Part shown: in pieces, positions 1-10,950 of the stretch | Numbering within the stretch: position 1 is the stretch's first letter | How the letters are laid out: each line of letters starts with the position of its first letter | Assembly (NCBI RefSeq): GCF_006345805.1 | Contig: NC_043004.1 | Location: 78,182,001-78,246,000, forward strand | Source: Octopus sinensis | Taxonomy: Eukaryota | DNA length: 64,000 nucleotides | Direction: 5' to 3' | The notes under the pieces: generated by a model | The model's input: the letters and a program-made list of their open reading frames with translations, nothing else | What the model was told of the DNA's origin: nothing | Database searches by the model: none | Position numbers and translations under genes: made by a program

Positions 1-2190
1 GTGTTCTCACAAGTGCTGGTGCCACAGAGTCACTCACAAGACAAGAACCTCTTGGCTGAATGAGAGTGCAGTAGTGAGAAATGGTTTTGTGCCAGGTGTT
101 GAGAGGCTGAAGTATGACAGAAGAACAGGAACAATTATCTTGGTGAAGAGGAGAGATGTCTGGCTTCCATAAAGGAGAAAGGAAGAAAGAACAGAGGAGG
201 TGAAGTGTCAGGACATATCATTGAAGTACAAAAAAGGGGTTAAAACAGAGATTAGGGGCAGAAAATCAAGGCCAGCTAGATGGGTGGGTTGGCAAGTGTG
301 TGAAAGGAGAGAAAGAGAGTAGAGATGAGGATAGAAGTGAACAGAGTGAATGGTGAAGATGAGTGGAGGCAAGGACAAGGGTGAATTTGAGTTCAGGGGA
401 TGGGAATGTAAAGGAAAGTGGGAATGGATAAAGGAGGAGGAGGAAGAGGTAATAGAAGTAACAGTAGTACGGTGGGGGGGATGCACCGTAACAGTGCGTT
501 GTTGAATCCACCATTTATTGGTGATTCCCTACAACTGATGATCGATACCTTTGCACCACTCAGGTGACAACCCTCCAACCCATGGGTCTCTTTGGGTAGA
601 TGTAGCTGGCGAGGGTTTTACAAGGTCAGAGTGCAAATCCAACGACAACCTCTTTTAATTGCCCTTACAACATGCCTGGGAATATTGGGTTTATTCCTAG
701 ACATGCCAGTCCTCAGACAGCAGATGGAGTTGGTAAGTGGTAATATATAAAAAGGGGAGAGATGGAGAACAACAGTAAAATAAAACAGATGAGAAAGAGG
801 GAGATAATGTAAACATGTACAGTGACAGAGAAGGAGGTTAGAGGCACATAGGGATGGATATCATAACAAAGGTAAGGGAAGATCATTGATGGCAGATATG
901 AGAATGTGTTCTATACGTTCTGATTGTAGTTGTTGCTAATATTGTTATTGCATGCAGTTGCTGTTACTATGGTTACCATCAAATTCTTTTTGTGTTTTCC
1001 AAACATACTACTCCTGTTAAATCTTTTCCCAACAAAAAGCTCATTACTTATGAAATTCTTCAATAAATATATATGGTTGATTGATTTTTCTAGTTGCCGA
1101 TTTGACCTTGATGCAGGAGTTCAAACATTTTATGAATAGATCAACTTTGTGCCTCTTAATTGAATTAGATTAGCTTAATTGATCATGACTAGATTAGCTT
1201 AATATCTTAGGTCAACAAGCTATCAGCAACATGGTCTGAGTAAATGATTGAATAAATATTGAAAAGGAATAAATTAAATGGATAAACTTGATTTATGATT
1301 GAGGGTTAGGGGTTAGAAAAGAGGGATCTGTGCTTCTGACCTTTTCTACGGGTCTACCTGATTATAGACAGGAAGTGATCCTCAGATTCAAGACTTGGTC
1401 CAAATGCCTACAACAAAATGGATTGCAAGAATGCAAGAGTCAGGTGATGGTATTAAACCAGGAGAATTACTACATCTACCACTCAAAGGAGCTTCTTTTC
1501 AGTCTTATATGTTTTTCATTCCAAACCCATTTTAATAACAGGTTTATTATCTATCATCTCTTTTCAGTGAATCTACCGTTTTAACGTCTCGCATTTCTTG
1601 ACTAGATTTGATGCTATAAAAGCTGGACTACCCTGTGAGTCCCAAGAATTAGATGCAAGTGTTAAACTGAGAGACAAACCAACCCTAAAAAAAGCGTCTT
1701 TTTTTTTTAATATATTTTTTCATTTCAGACCTGTTATTTTTAGACTGTTTCTTATCAACCTTCTCACTGTACCTATATTGATGCTATGGCACCAATTTTT
1801 AATCTGTCCCTACCACAGCACATTGGAAAAGGTATTAAATATATTATGGTGTATAATCAGCCTTTTAAAAATTCATAGAAAAAAATTTTTTATGTTTATT
1901 GAAATTATTTTAAAAGCGATAAATGCATTCATTAGATGCTTTACCATAAAAGAACCCCCATGCAAAAAGGAACACCTGTGCATTAAAAATATTCAAGTTT
2001 TCTAAAACATCCTGGCAGTTTCTGGCTTGCCTCTAAAACTTGCGACACACAAGCGAGTTACAGTAATGTGGTTGAAAAACCTGTGCTAAAGATATGGGAC
2101 ATCAATGTAGGAAATACAACAGTCACTGGAAAGAATGATTTCCATTGTGATGTGGGTATACACGTCTGAATAATAATAATAATAATAATA

Positions 2191-2224
<34 letters not shown>

Positions 2225-2763
2225 CTTTATATATATAAAACTGAGAATGTGTGTCTGTCTGTGTGTTTCCCTAAAACTTGAGAACTACACAACCAATTTC
2301 ATTCAAATTTTACACATGCCTTACTTAGGGTCCATGTAGTTTCATGGGCAAAAAAAATGTTCGACTTCTTGCCAAGAGCAAGCCCATAGCAATATCATAT
2401 CTTCTCCACTATTCCAGTATAACGTGTTAAAAGTGAAACAAAAACATTTCTTTACTTTATCTCAGATACTTTCACTTTAACAATAAAAATAATAATAACA
2501 ATTGAATTATATGTAGTAAGTAATAATTAAAATCAAACTAAAGTATAATATAACCGTAACATAGCAAAAGTAAAAATAGCAATTGGTATAAAATTGCATC
2601 AATGACTTGAACTTGAATAAGTGGTTTCACATGAATGGGAATAAATTAAAAATAAAATAAGCATGCAGAAATGGAAAAGTCCAGATGGATAATAAAAAAT
2701 TAAATTAAAGAAAAGACTATTGTCTATAAAGTATAGAATGTAGAGAAAAAAGAGGATTTGAAC

Positions 2764-4406
2764 GCTTCGGTCGTGTTTTTTTTTTGCGCTCTGTAGGGTT
2801 CAGTTGGGAAGGAAAAAGGAGCAAAAAGTGAATTGTGGTTGTTGCGGAATTGGAACGTCGGTTGGTGCGGTTTCGCGTCGCACTGGTTCTGTGTGTCGCA
2901 CGTTTTCTGTTCGGGAGGCCGTTTTTCGGTCTGAGGCGACTATGAGCCACCTCTACCAAACGGACGAGATGGAAGGGAGAAATTTCTCTGAAAATTCGTC
3001 GACATCTGAGGAGGAGTTGGCGGTGGAAAAAATGGAAAGCACCTACGCAGGTATAACGAAGAAGTCAACAGAAAAAGAGATAGACCTGGCTAAGTTGACG
3101 GACTTCCAGGAGTTCATGAAGGAGGAGGAGAACGGAGAGGTCGAGCTGTTGCCTCCAGCAGGGCGCGGAGACTGGTTCCATCGTAGAACCATTAAATATA
3201 AAGTATTTATGAATGGAGGTAGAAAAATGGAAGTGATTAACATGGAAGCAATTGAAGAGGCTCTCAAACAGACAGGAGAAGAAATTGTGTATATGACAAG
3301 AGGATTAGAATATGGAACCATAACGGTACAATTCAGAAACGAGAAAGCAGCCAGGAATGTAGCAGCCAAGGTGGTGAGGACGGAAAAGATTCACTTGTTC
3401 CCCTCGTATTTAAATAGAAGGACCACCAGAATTAGGGTGGAGGGAATACCTCCACACCTAGAGGGCGAATTTATAACGGCTGCGGTTATCAAAGGAAATG
3501 AAGATAAAGTGGACATCCTCCACGCCATTATGAAATATGAAGGCGTGAGAGGTGCCACACTAGAAATGAACATACAGACGGAGGCGGAAGTTATAGAAAA
3601 GCTTACGGACAGTATAAAAACTGGGAATATTATTATGAGTGTGGGTGGAGGGTAGGGCGCCCAGGTGCTACAAGTGTGGCCAGAGGGGTCACATAAGAGC
3701 CTACTGCCCTCCCCCACCAAAGGAAAAAGAAAAGGAAATCGTTGCGGAAACCCCAAAAGAGGAAGAAACTAAAGAGAACCAAACAGAAAAAGAAACGACA
3801 GAAGAAGAGGAGATACAGCAAGAGTGGGAAGAAGGAAGAAAAAAGAGAAAAAGAAAAACTGTGCGAAGCCCCCAACCCAACCCACCCCAACACCACCCAC
3901 ACCCTTGGAGACCCATCCTGCCCCTGCAAACAGCGATTCCACCCACTCCCCGCCTACAAGAAAAAGAAAAACAGACACACAGAACAAACAAAGGCCCCAG
4001 ACCTACTTTTTATGTGTTGTGAGGAAGGGGGACACCGAGGACTCAAAAAGGATTTTTCATAATGACGTATGGCATGAAGACGGTAGTTACGCGGTGTTTG
4101 AATATGAACTTATGGACTCATTGGTGAAAAAGTGTAACAAAGTGTGTATAAATTGGTTGACAGCGGATATGAAGGATGATATGATAGAGAGGTATGAAAG
4201 AGAAACGAAGGGTGTGGTAAAAAAGTTTGGAATTGTGTTGGGAAACGGACAGGTAAGTGATGCTGGCGGAGGGGGCCGTTAGCATCGCTTTCATATTATC
4301 ATTTTTTCATTTTATTCATTTACTCATAATTTTAATCATATTGTTTTATATCCCCCATGTTTTGTTATGTCCCCTCTTCGTCGCCCCTGGTGGGTAATAA
4401 AGAAAA
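2764..4406 (+). mobile_element. ORF1-only non-LTR retroposon (L1/Tx1-like ORF1, no ORF2), TSD GATTTGAAC
   Basis: GATTTGAAC at 2755-2763 and 4407-4415 brackets the element. CpG-rich 5' region 2764-2941, then ORF1, then a short U-rich 3' UTR ending TGTCCCCTCTTCGTCGCCCCTGGTGGGTAATAAAGAAA. No endonuclease or RT coding sequence inside the TSDs. Confidence 0.75.
2942..4282 (+). CDS. Retrotransposon ORF1/gag-like nucleic-acid-binding protein with CCHC zinc knuckle, two compensating frameshifts
   Basis: Track ORFs 2804-3655, 3639-4022 and 3824-4282 join into about 446 aa from ATG 2942. RRM-like segment (TTRIRVEGIPPHL), VEGRAPR-CYKCGQRGHIRAYC (CX2CX4HX4C), then acidic/basic and Pro-rich linker. Frameshifts near 3640 (GT repeat) and 3870 (C run). 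Confidence 0.75.
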
Positions 4407-4759
4407 GATTTGAACACATGGAGGAAAGCACCTTCGAAAAGTGTCTTGGTGCGACTATGAAAGGTATCTAATCAGAGGCGGTAAATTCGCCACAATAGAA
4501 GCAAGGTTCGAGTCAACGGAGCGTGCAAGGGAGTACTCGACTTGAACTTGCAAAGTGGAAATATTTTATTTTTACCTTTATATCTGGGACGTAGGACGTC
4601 CCGGAAAAAAATTTAAAATATATATATATATAATACAACCCATACCAGCATTGAAAACGGATGTTAAACAATGATGATAGTGACTACCTAGGGAGAACAA
4701 CAATCATAGTGAAGCAAGTACAGGTTTAGGTATGATGTTTGGGTTTCTTTCAAAATTGG

Positions 4760-4860
4760 GCACTATGAGTGCTCAATGTTGCACTTTTTGATCTGCAGAA
4801 GGCATTTGACAAAGTCCTACACAATGTAATCTGGTGAGTCAGAGGAAAATGTGGGAGATT
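4760..4860 (+). mobile_element. Short degraded reverse-transcriptase fragment (LINE)
   Basis: Translates VALFDLQKAFDKVLHNVIW*, matching the non-LTR RT motif F.DL.KAFD.V. Confidence 0.55.
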
Positions 4861-5930
4861 TTGAGAGAGATGCGTAGAATTTGTGAGAATATTGAAGAAA
4901 AGTAAATGGAAAAGTGACTTTGCATTAAAAGACTTGAACGACGCATGAAGAGGAAAAGAATGAGATCAAAATGGCAGCATAGAATGGAAGAGAAATAAAG
5001 TGGTAAATTAGATATTGTAACAGAACATCTGGTAATGTTATTAGAGAAAGACTAGTACCATTCCCAGAAGAATATTTATCTCTTGTTCTCATCACACTGT
5101 GAAAATGGAGCCAAGTGCTGCCTCTTAATAGCTCTTTGGTGTTATTTACATTTTATTTATTTACAAAACAAGTGGGAATGGTAAGTTGCCAAGTGGATGT
5201 ATGAGAAGCAAATCTTTGAACGAAATGGTAAGGTCAGAACTCAAGCAATTACATTTCACTGTATGGAGATAACATAGAATGGTCAGTTCCAAGAAAACAT
5301 GATAGGTCTGTCATAAAGATGACCAAAGAACAGGACTGGATTATAAGAAATGTCCAATTTGTACTGGCAGATAAAAATTGAAATGGTGATGAGGACAGTA
5401 ATAGAGAGTGATGATGGCAGTGAAGGCACCAGAAATGGTAATGGCAACAAGGATGGCAACAGTGATGATGACAAAGTTAGTGATGCTGCTTGCAATGGTG
5501 GTGGCGGTGAATACAGGAGAGAAATGCTGAACTATGCTTATCTCAATATCACAATCTTTCCTCCAGTCAGTAACGGATTCTAACCTGAACGCAAGAAGAG
5601 CAACAACTCATCCATGACAAAGAGAGAGAGAGTGTGGGGGAACGACACAGAGCTTATCATTTATATTCTTCACTTTCCAATATAATTATGGAAGTAGAAA
5701 AATGTCAGTGATTTCATATTAACAACAGATTATCAAAGTTGTGCTAATGGATGCTTTTAACGAGTCTATAATCTTGTTAGTTTATCTAAGTCATAATTGA
5801 AAGTTGGTTTAAACTGGCTCAAACTGACTGATGGTTTTACCATCCATAATCAATAGTGGCCACTAATTAATCACTTTACAGGAGTTTCTATATATGCTTT
5901 GTATAATGTGGATGTGTTCTGTATGGGGCT

Positions 5931-6010
<80 letters not shown>

Positions 6011-6121
6011 TATATATACACACGTGTATACATTTGTATTTAATGTTTTGCATAGTACACATACATACACATATGTACACATATGTACACTTCTATATGT
6101 TTTGTTTTGTTTGTATTATAT

Positions 6122-6152
<31 letters not shown>

Positions 6153-6267
6153 CATTATAGGCATTTGTATATTATGTATTATATAAAAGGCAAATATAAA
6201 TAATTCAGAATTGAATAATGTTAATAATGATGATAATGATAATTATAATAATAATAAAAATAAAACC

Positions 6268-6319
<52 letters not shown>

Positions 6320-7309
6320 GAATAAGAGACAAGTCTAATGTTTCCTCCTAATGGCATTTGAAATTTTGAATGTCCTATGAGAATGAATAAATTTAAGAAT
6401 TCCCAACAGACCAAACAAAAATGAAAAACAAACATTATCACTAGTTAAGGCTGAAGGAATTAAAAATGTATAATATTCCCCCAATACAAGTTAACATGGC
6501 GTGTCTAAAAGGTGAATCAATGAATAACACTAATTCATGGTTTTGTCCTTTATTATTTTTTCTGCCGATATGGATTCATATTTGATCACAGACTAATTGT
6601 CTCGTACATTTATTTCTTTGTTTATCGATACACAGAACGTTTTATTGGAATTGTCACACCCTAATTATATTTTAGAGCCATTAACACATCACCCTAACAC
6701 AACTGGGCAAAAAAACTGACGCCTGGTGCAGTCTACTGTAGCCATTGAGTGTAAAACAAGCTGCGTACATTTTGTAAAGAATAGAGAAAGCCAAATAAAC
6801 TAGGATTCAGAAGCCATGTTTTCCAGCACTGCAGTTGACCAGCTAGATAACAGAGTCAAACCTTTGACCAAAGCGTGCATGGCTCATTTCCTGCTACCAG
6901 CACTGTGTTGTTATGTCCGTGGTTAAGGGACGTAACAGTTTATATTGGAAATAATTACAAAAGTGGGTCAACAAAGGCATAGCAGACAGCTCTTTCCTCC
7001 ATGCCAAACAAATACAGAATTCCATTTTCTTAATTCAAAAAAGAATTTTTTTTAAACTGTGGTAAGCTTCACCACATTTGATTGACAAATACTTTGGTAA
7101 CTAGAAGAACTGAGTTCAAATCCACCAGGCGTATTGTTAGATTGACTTTAGCAAGCTGATTCTTTCTGGATACAATTACATGAAGAAGAAGTCTTCAAGT
7201 GCTGTCCCTATGAACCAATGCATTAGAAGATCACTGACAGAAAGCCTGTCCAAAATCCATTTTACATTCCTTCTCAAAAACAGTGTTGTGTCGTATATGT
7301 GTGTTCAAA

Positions 7310-7520
7310 GGCAGTGAGTTGGCAGAAACGTTAGCATACTGGGCGAAATGCTTAGCAGTATTTCATCAGTCTTTACATTCTGAGTTCAATTTCTGCCGAG
7401 GTTGACTTTGCCTGTCATCTTTTCAGGGTCAATTAAGTACCAGTTACGGACTGGGGTCGATCTAATTTACTGGCCTCCACTCACCCAAAATGTCAGTCCT
7501 TGTGCCAAGTAGAAAAGAAT
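7310..7520 (+). mobile_element. tRNA-derived SINE, family A (probably octopus OR-type)
   Basis: Head GGCAGTGAGTTGGCAGAAACGTTAGC...TGAGTTCAA (A/B box-like); same family as 14627, 57746 and 61269. Confidence 0.75.
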
Positions 7521-8394
7521 ATATGTGTATTCATGTGTGTGCATGCGTGTGTGCCTCCATGTATGTGCAAGTGCACTTGTGCACATGTACATATGGATAC
7601 ATGTGCATGTGTGCATGTGTGTGTGCATGTGTGTATTGTCATGTGCATATTCACAAGTGCCTGCATGCATATATGCATGCTTGTGTACATGTGTGCATCT
7701 GCATCCCCCTCCTGCCTGACAACTGGTTTTGATCTAGTTATGTGTCTGTAACTTAGCACTTCAGCTGAAGAGACTGATATAGTAAGTATCAGACTGAAAA
7801 GTCCCGGGGTGGAGTCAATTTGTTTGACTAAGTCTCTTAAGGTGGTGCCCCAGCATGGCCACAATCCAATGACTGAAACACATGAAAGATAAAAGACATG
7901 TACAAATATTTGCTTCCATTGAAGGCTTCAAATAATTCCAGGCAATCAAAGATTATGGTATTGTAAATATTTGACCAAAAAATCTCTAACAACAAAAATC
8001 TAAGAATTTATAATGGTTCAGTTCTTTTGTTTTGTCCATTTTGTTATTCTTACCAATTTGCTTCCAAATAGTTCTTTGGTAATTTTAGACAATAAGGAAT
8101 TATATACATGCTGCACTGAAAATAAAGATAAGAGACAAAAACTAAAAGGTAACCGTTTCCACAGAAATCTATTTTAAGCAGTTATTTTGATTCTTTTGTG
8201 AAATAAAGACAGAAATATGGATTTTTAGCAAGAGATGGGAAGTTGAATAAATACCAGTTCCTTTCATAACAAAGTAAACAGTGTAACAAGGTGCACTAGC
8301 AGAAGGAATATTGGTAAATTTAAAGACTTAGCTTCTGTTTGGTTGAAAAGGAAAAGCTAACATGAAAGGACATTATGTATCATTATCATCATTT

Positions 8395-8431
<37 letters not shown>

Positions 8432-8528
8432 AGATAAGAAATATATACACACATATATACACATGTTTGTATATGTGTGTGCACACATATACAACTGCAT
8501 ATATGCAAGTATGTATATGTGCATGATG

Positions 8529-8559
<31 letters not shown>

Positions 8560-8613
8560 CATATATATACACACATATATACACACATATATATATGCAC
8601 ACATATATATATA

Positions 8614-8816
8614 TATATATTAGAAGAAATGAGGTACTCAGAAATCTAGATGGTTTTATATTTACAAATATTTATTAGTATGTTACATGCTTTTATAAAT
8701 CATATGTCATATATCAGCGCTAATATATGATTTATAAAAGCATGTAACATACTAATAAATATCTGTAAATATGAAACCATCCAGATTTCTGAGTACCTCA
8801 TTCCTTCTAATATATA
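8614..8816. repeat. Foldback of ~90-bp arms embedded in (TA)n
   Basis: 8614-8705 is the reverse complement of 8725-8816 with about 4 substitutions and 1 indel; 19-nt spacer; TA repeats on both sides. Confidence 0.9.
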
Positions 8817-8830
8817 ATACCTGTACATCA

Positions 8831-8889
<59 letters not shown>

Positions 8890-8894
8890 TTCTT

Positions 8895-9200
8895 TAACAT
8901 CTGTTTTCCATGTTGTCATGGGTTGTTCAGTTTGACTGAGGTCTGGAGAGCCAGTAGCTGCACCAGGCTCCAGTCTTATCTGGCAATGTTTCTACAGCTG
9001 GATGCCCTTCCTAATGCCAACCACTCTGAGAATGTAGTGGGTGCTTTTTACAAGCCACCGGCACAGGAGCCAGTCAGGCAGGCCTTGCATTGTTCACATT
9101 TTGATAGTGCTTTTGACGTGCCATCGGCATGGGAGCCAGTCAGGGGGCACTGGCATTGGCCACCTTCAGACGGTGCATTTTACATGCCACTGGCAGAGGA
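8895..9200 (-). mobile_element. RTE-clade LINE 3' UTR fragment (family C, many copies in window)
   Basis: Contains CTACAGCTGGATGCCCTTCCTAATGCCAACCACTC shared with copies at ~12640, 18410, 19630, 27380, 35930, 38470, 40760, 45420, 49490, 54880, 55300 and 59941. Linked to RTE C-terminal coding sequence in the 22400 copy. Confidence 0.65.
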
Positions 9201-10649
9201 GCCAGTCATATATATATATATATATATATCTTTTATCTTTTACTTGCTTCAATCATTAGACTGTTAATTGTCGACCATTACAGAGGATTCACTAAGTCAC
9301 CGCTGATTATCAGAGCAGACTTAGCATAGATTTAAAGTAGGTTCTAGAGACATTGCTTTAACAAAAGCCAAGAGGTGCCTCATTCCCAGAGTTTTACCAG
9401 CATACCAGACATCAACCTGGAATTTCTGAGAACCATTGCTACCTGTTGACATTGCTTAAATTTAACTAAGATTAGGTTAATGTTTAGGTTAATGCAGGCC
9501 CCATTGAAGAACTCAACAGACTAAGATGGTGACAATAACAACCGTGAGTAGATTTCTTTCCTTAAAGTACAGTGGAACGGAACAGATTGTGTCTTAGCAT
9601 ACTCCAGCTCTTGATAGGTTAATTTTTCAAACATGGAATTTTTTTTGAAAGCCAGAGTATGCTCGACTCTTCAGCAACACCATTGTGTGAGCCATTGGAG
9701 CAGTTACCCTGGATGCAAAATGCTTAAGGGCTCAAAATTTTGAAAGAAAATCAAAAAGTAAAGAATTAATCAATAAAATGGTCCAAGTGTTCGAAGGAAT
9801 AATACTTGCTTTGACTCCTGCCCCAGCAACCCATGTTATTCCATTGTCTTTTCAACCTTTAGATTTTTCTGTCAAATGTAATATTCATTTATTCACATTG
9901 TTTTGAATTAATTGAAATCTCAAAGCTATGAGATAATGTGATTATGTGATCGTATATTTTTAGAATGACATTGTAGGGTAGGTGAGAGAGGCCTGACCTG
10001 GCTGGTTTTGATCATAAAACAGGAGGAATATTTGAACTGGATATGCCCAATTCAAATGCAAAATGGTTAAGCAAAATGGTACAAAAAAAAAAGACCAGAT
10101 GAGTTTATCTGAGACATTGGAACTAGAGAAATTTGTTTTCTACTTTTAGTGAATTTTTTTTTTTAATGTTTGGCAGCTTTGACATTTTGTCAATGAATCA
10201 TCAAAGTGAATTTAACACAAACACCTGAACTAGGATGATGGGGTCACTTCTGTACCATCTTCTATTGATTTATTTAGATCTGAAAACATTGCATAACCAA
10301 ACTGCTGGTCATATCAGAAGAGAGAAATATATTTCCCAATATGTTACTGGGTGAAACTATTATCAGAAACACTTCAAGAAGCAAGTGTTGAATATTAGTT
10401 TCTAATATGACCAAAGGGCCATTCTTCTAACTCTGTAAATAAACTGTATTCCTTTGTATTTCGAAGTCAGCGACATGTTTTAATATCAGATATGTTTGAA
10501 GTGTTATTCTGATATTGAAAACATAAGAAAATATAGAAAAAAAAAAGAGAAAAGAAGAAAAAAAGTGATTTCTAAACTCCTTTCAAAACAAAAGTAGATG
10601 TCTGCAATAATAATATCAAGAAAAGGAGGAACTTGAAGACAGAACCAAA

Positions 10650-10950
10650 AGTATAGATAAGTTTACTTCCCAACCACATGGTTCTAGGTTCAGTCCCACA
10701 GTGTAACCTCTCAGCCAAGTGTGTTCTGCTCTAACCTCAGGCTGACCAAAGCTGTGTGAGTGGATTTGGTAGACGGAAATTGAGACAACCTTGTTTGTGT
10801 GGATTTGTGTTTGTCCCCTATCACCGTTTGGCAACCAGTGTTTGTGTGTTTACATCCCTGTAACTTAGCGGTTCTGCATAAGAGACTGCTAGAATAAGTA
10901 CGAGGCTTAAAAAAAAAGTACTGGCACATCAATTCATTTGACTAAATGGT
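10650..10950 (+). mobile_element. tRNA-derived SINE, family B (probably octopus OK-type), diverged
   Basis: CCAACCACATGGTTCTAGGTTCAGTCCCAC head and GTAACTTAGCGGTTC...AGAATAAGTAC body, shared with 20405, 25903 and 59521. Confidence 0.7.

Larger units (their letters stand above)
2224..4620 (+). mobile_element. Non-autonomous Helitron-like element (host of the ORF1-only retroposon)
   Basis: Starts A|TCTTTATATATATAAAA then GTGTGTCTGTCTGTGTGT and 'accaatttcattcaaattttacac', typical of animal non-autonomous Helitron 5' ends. Hairpin GGGACGT-agg-ACGTCCC at 4586-4602, but no terminal CTRR seen, so the 3' end is uncertain. Confidence 0.4.

Noticed and set aside
5230-5600. Minus-strand acceptor-like sites with short open frames (LESVTDWRKDCDIE..., KCNCLSSDL...)
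   Set aside because: No convincing donors, and the frames run into low-complexity sequence; cannot be linked into a gene model.
5871-8678. Track ORFs rich in YI/CV/HT repeats (also at 37.5, 43, 47, 50, 56 and 59 kb)
   Set aside because: Translations of (TA)n, (TG)n and (TATG)n microsatellites, not genes.
9479-9550. VNAGP peptide reminiscent of the DOCK GEF motif
   Set aside because: Only five residues match, and a stop follows nine codons later.
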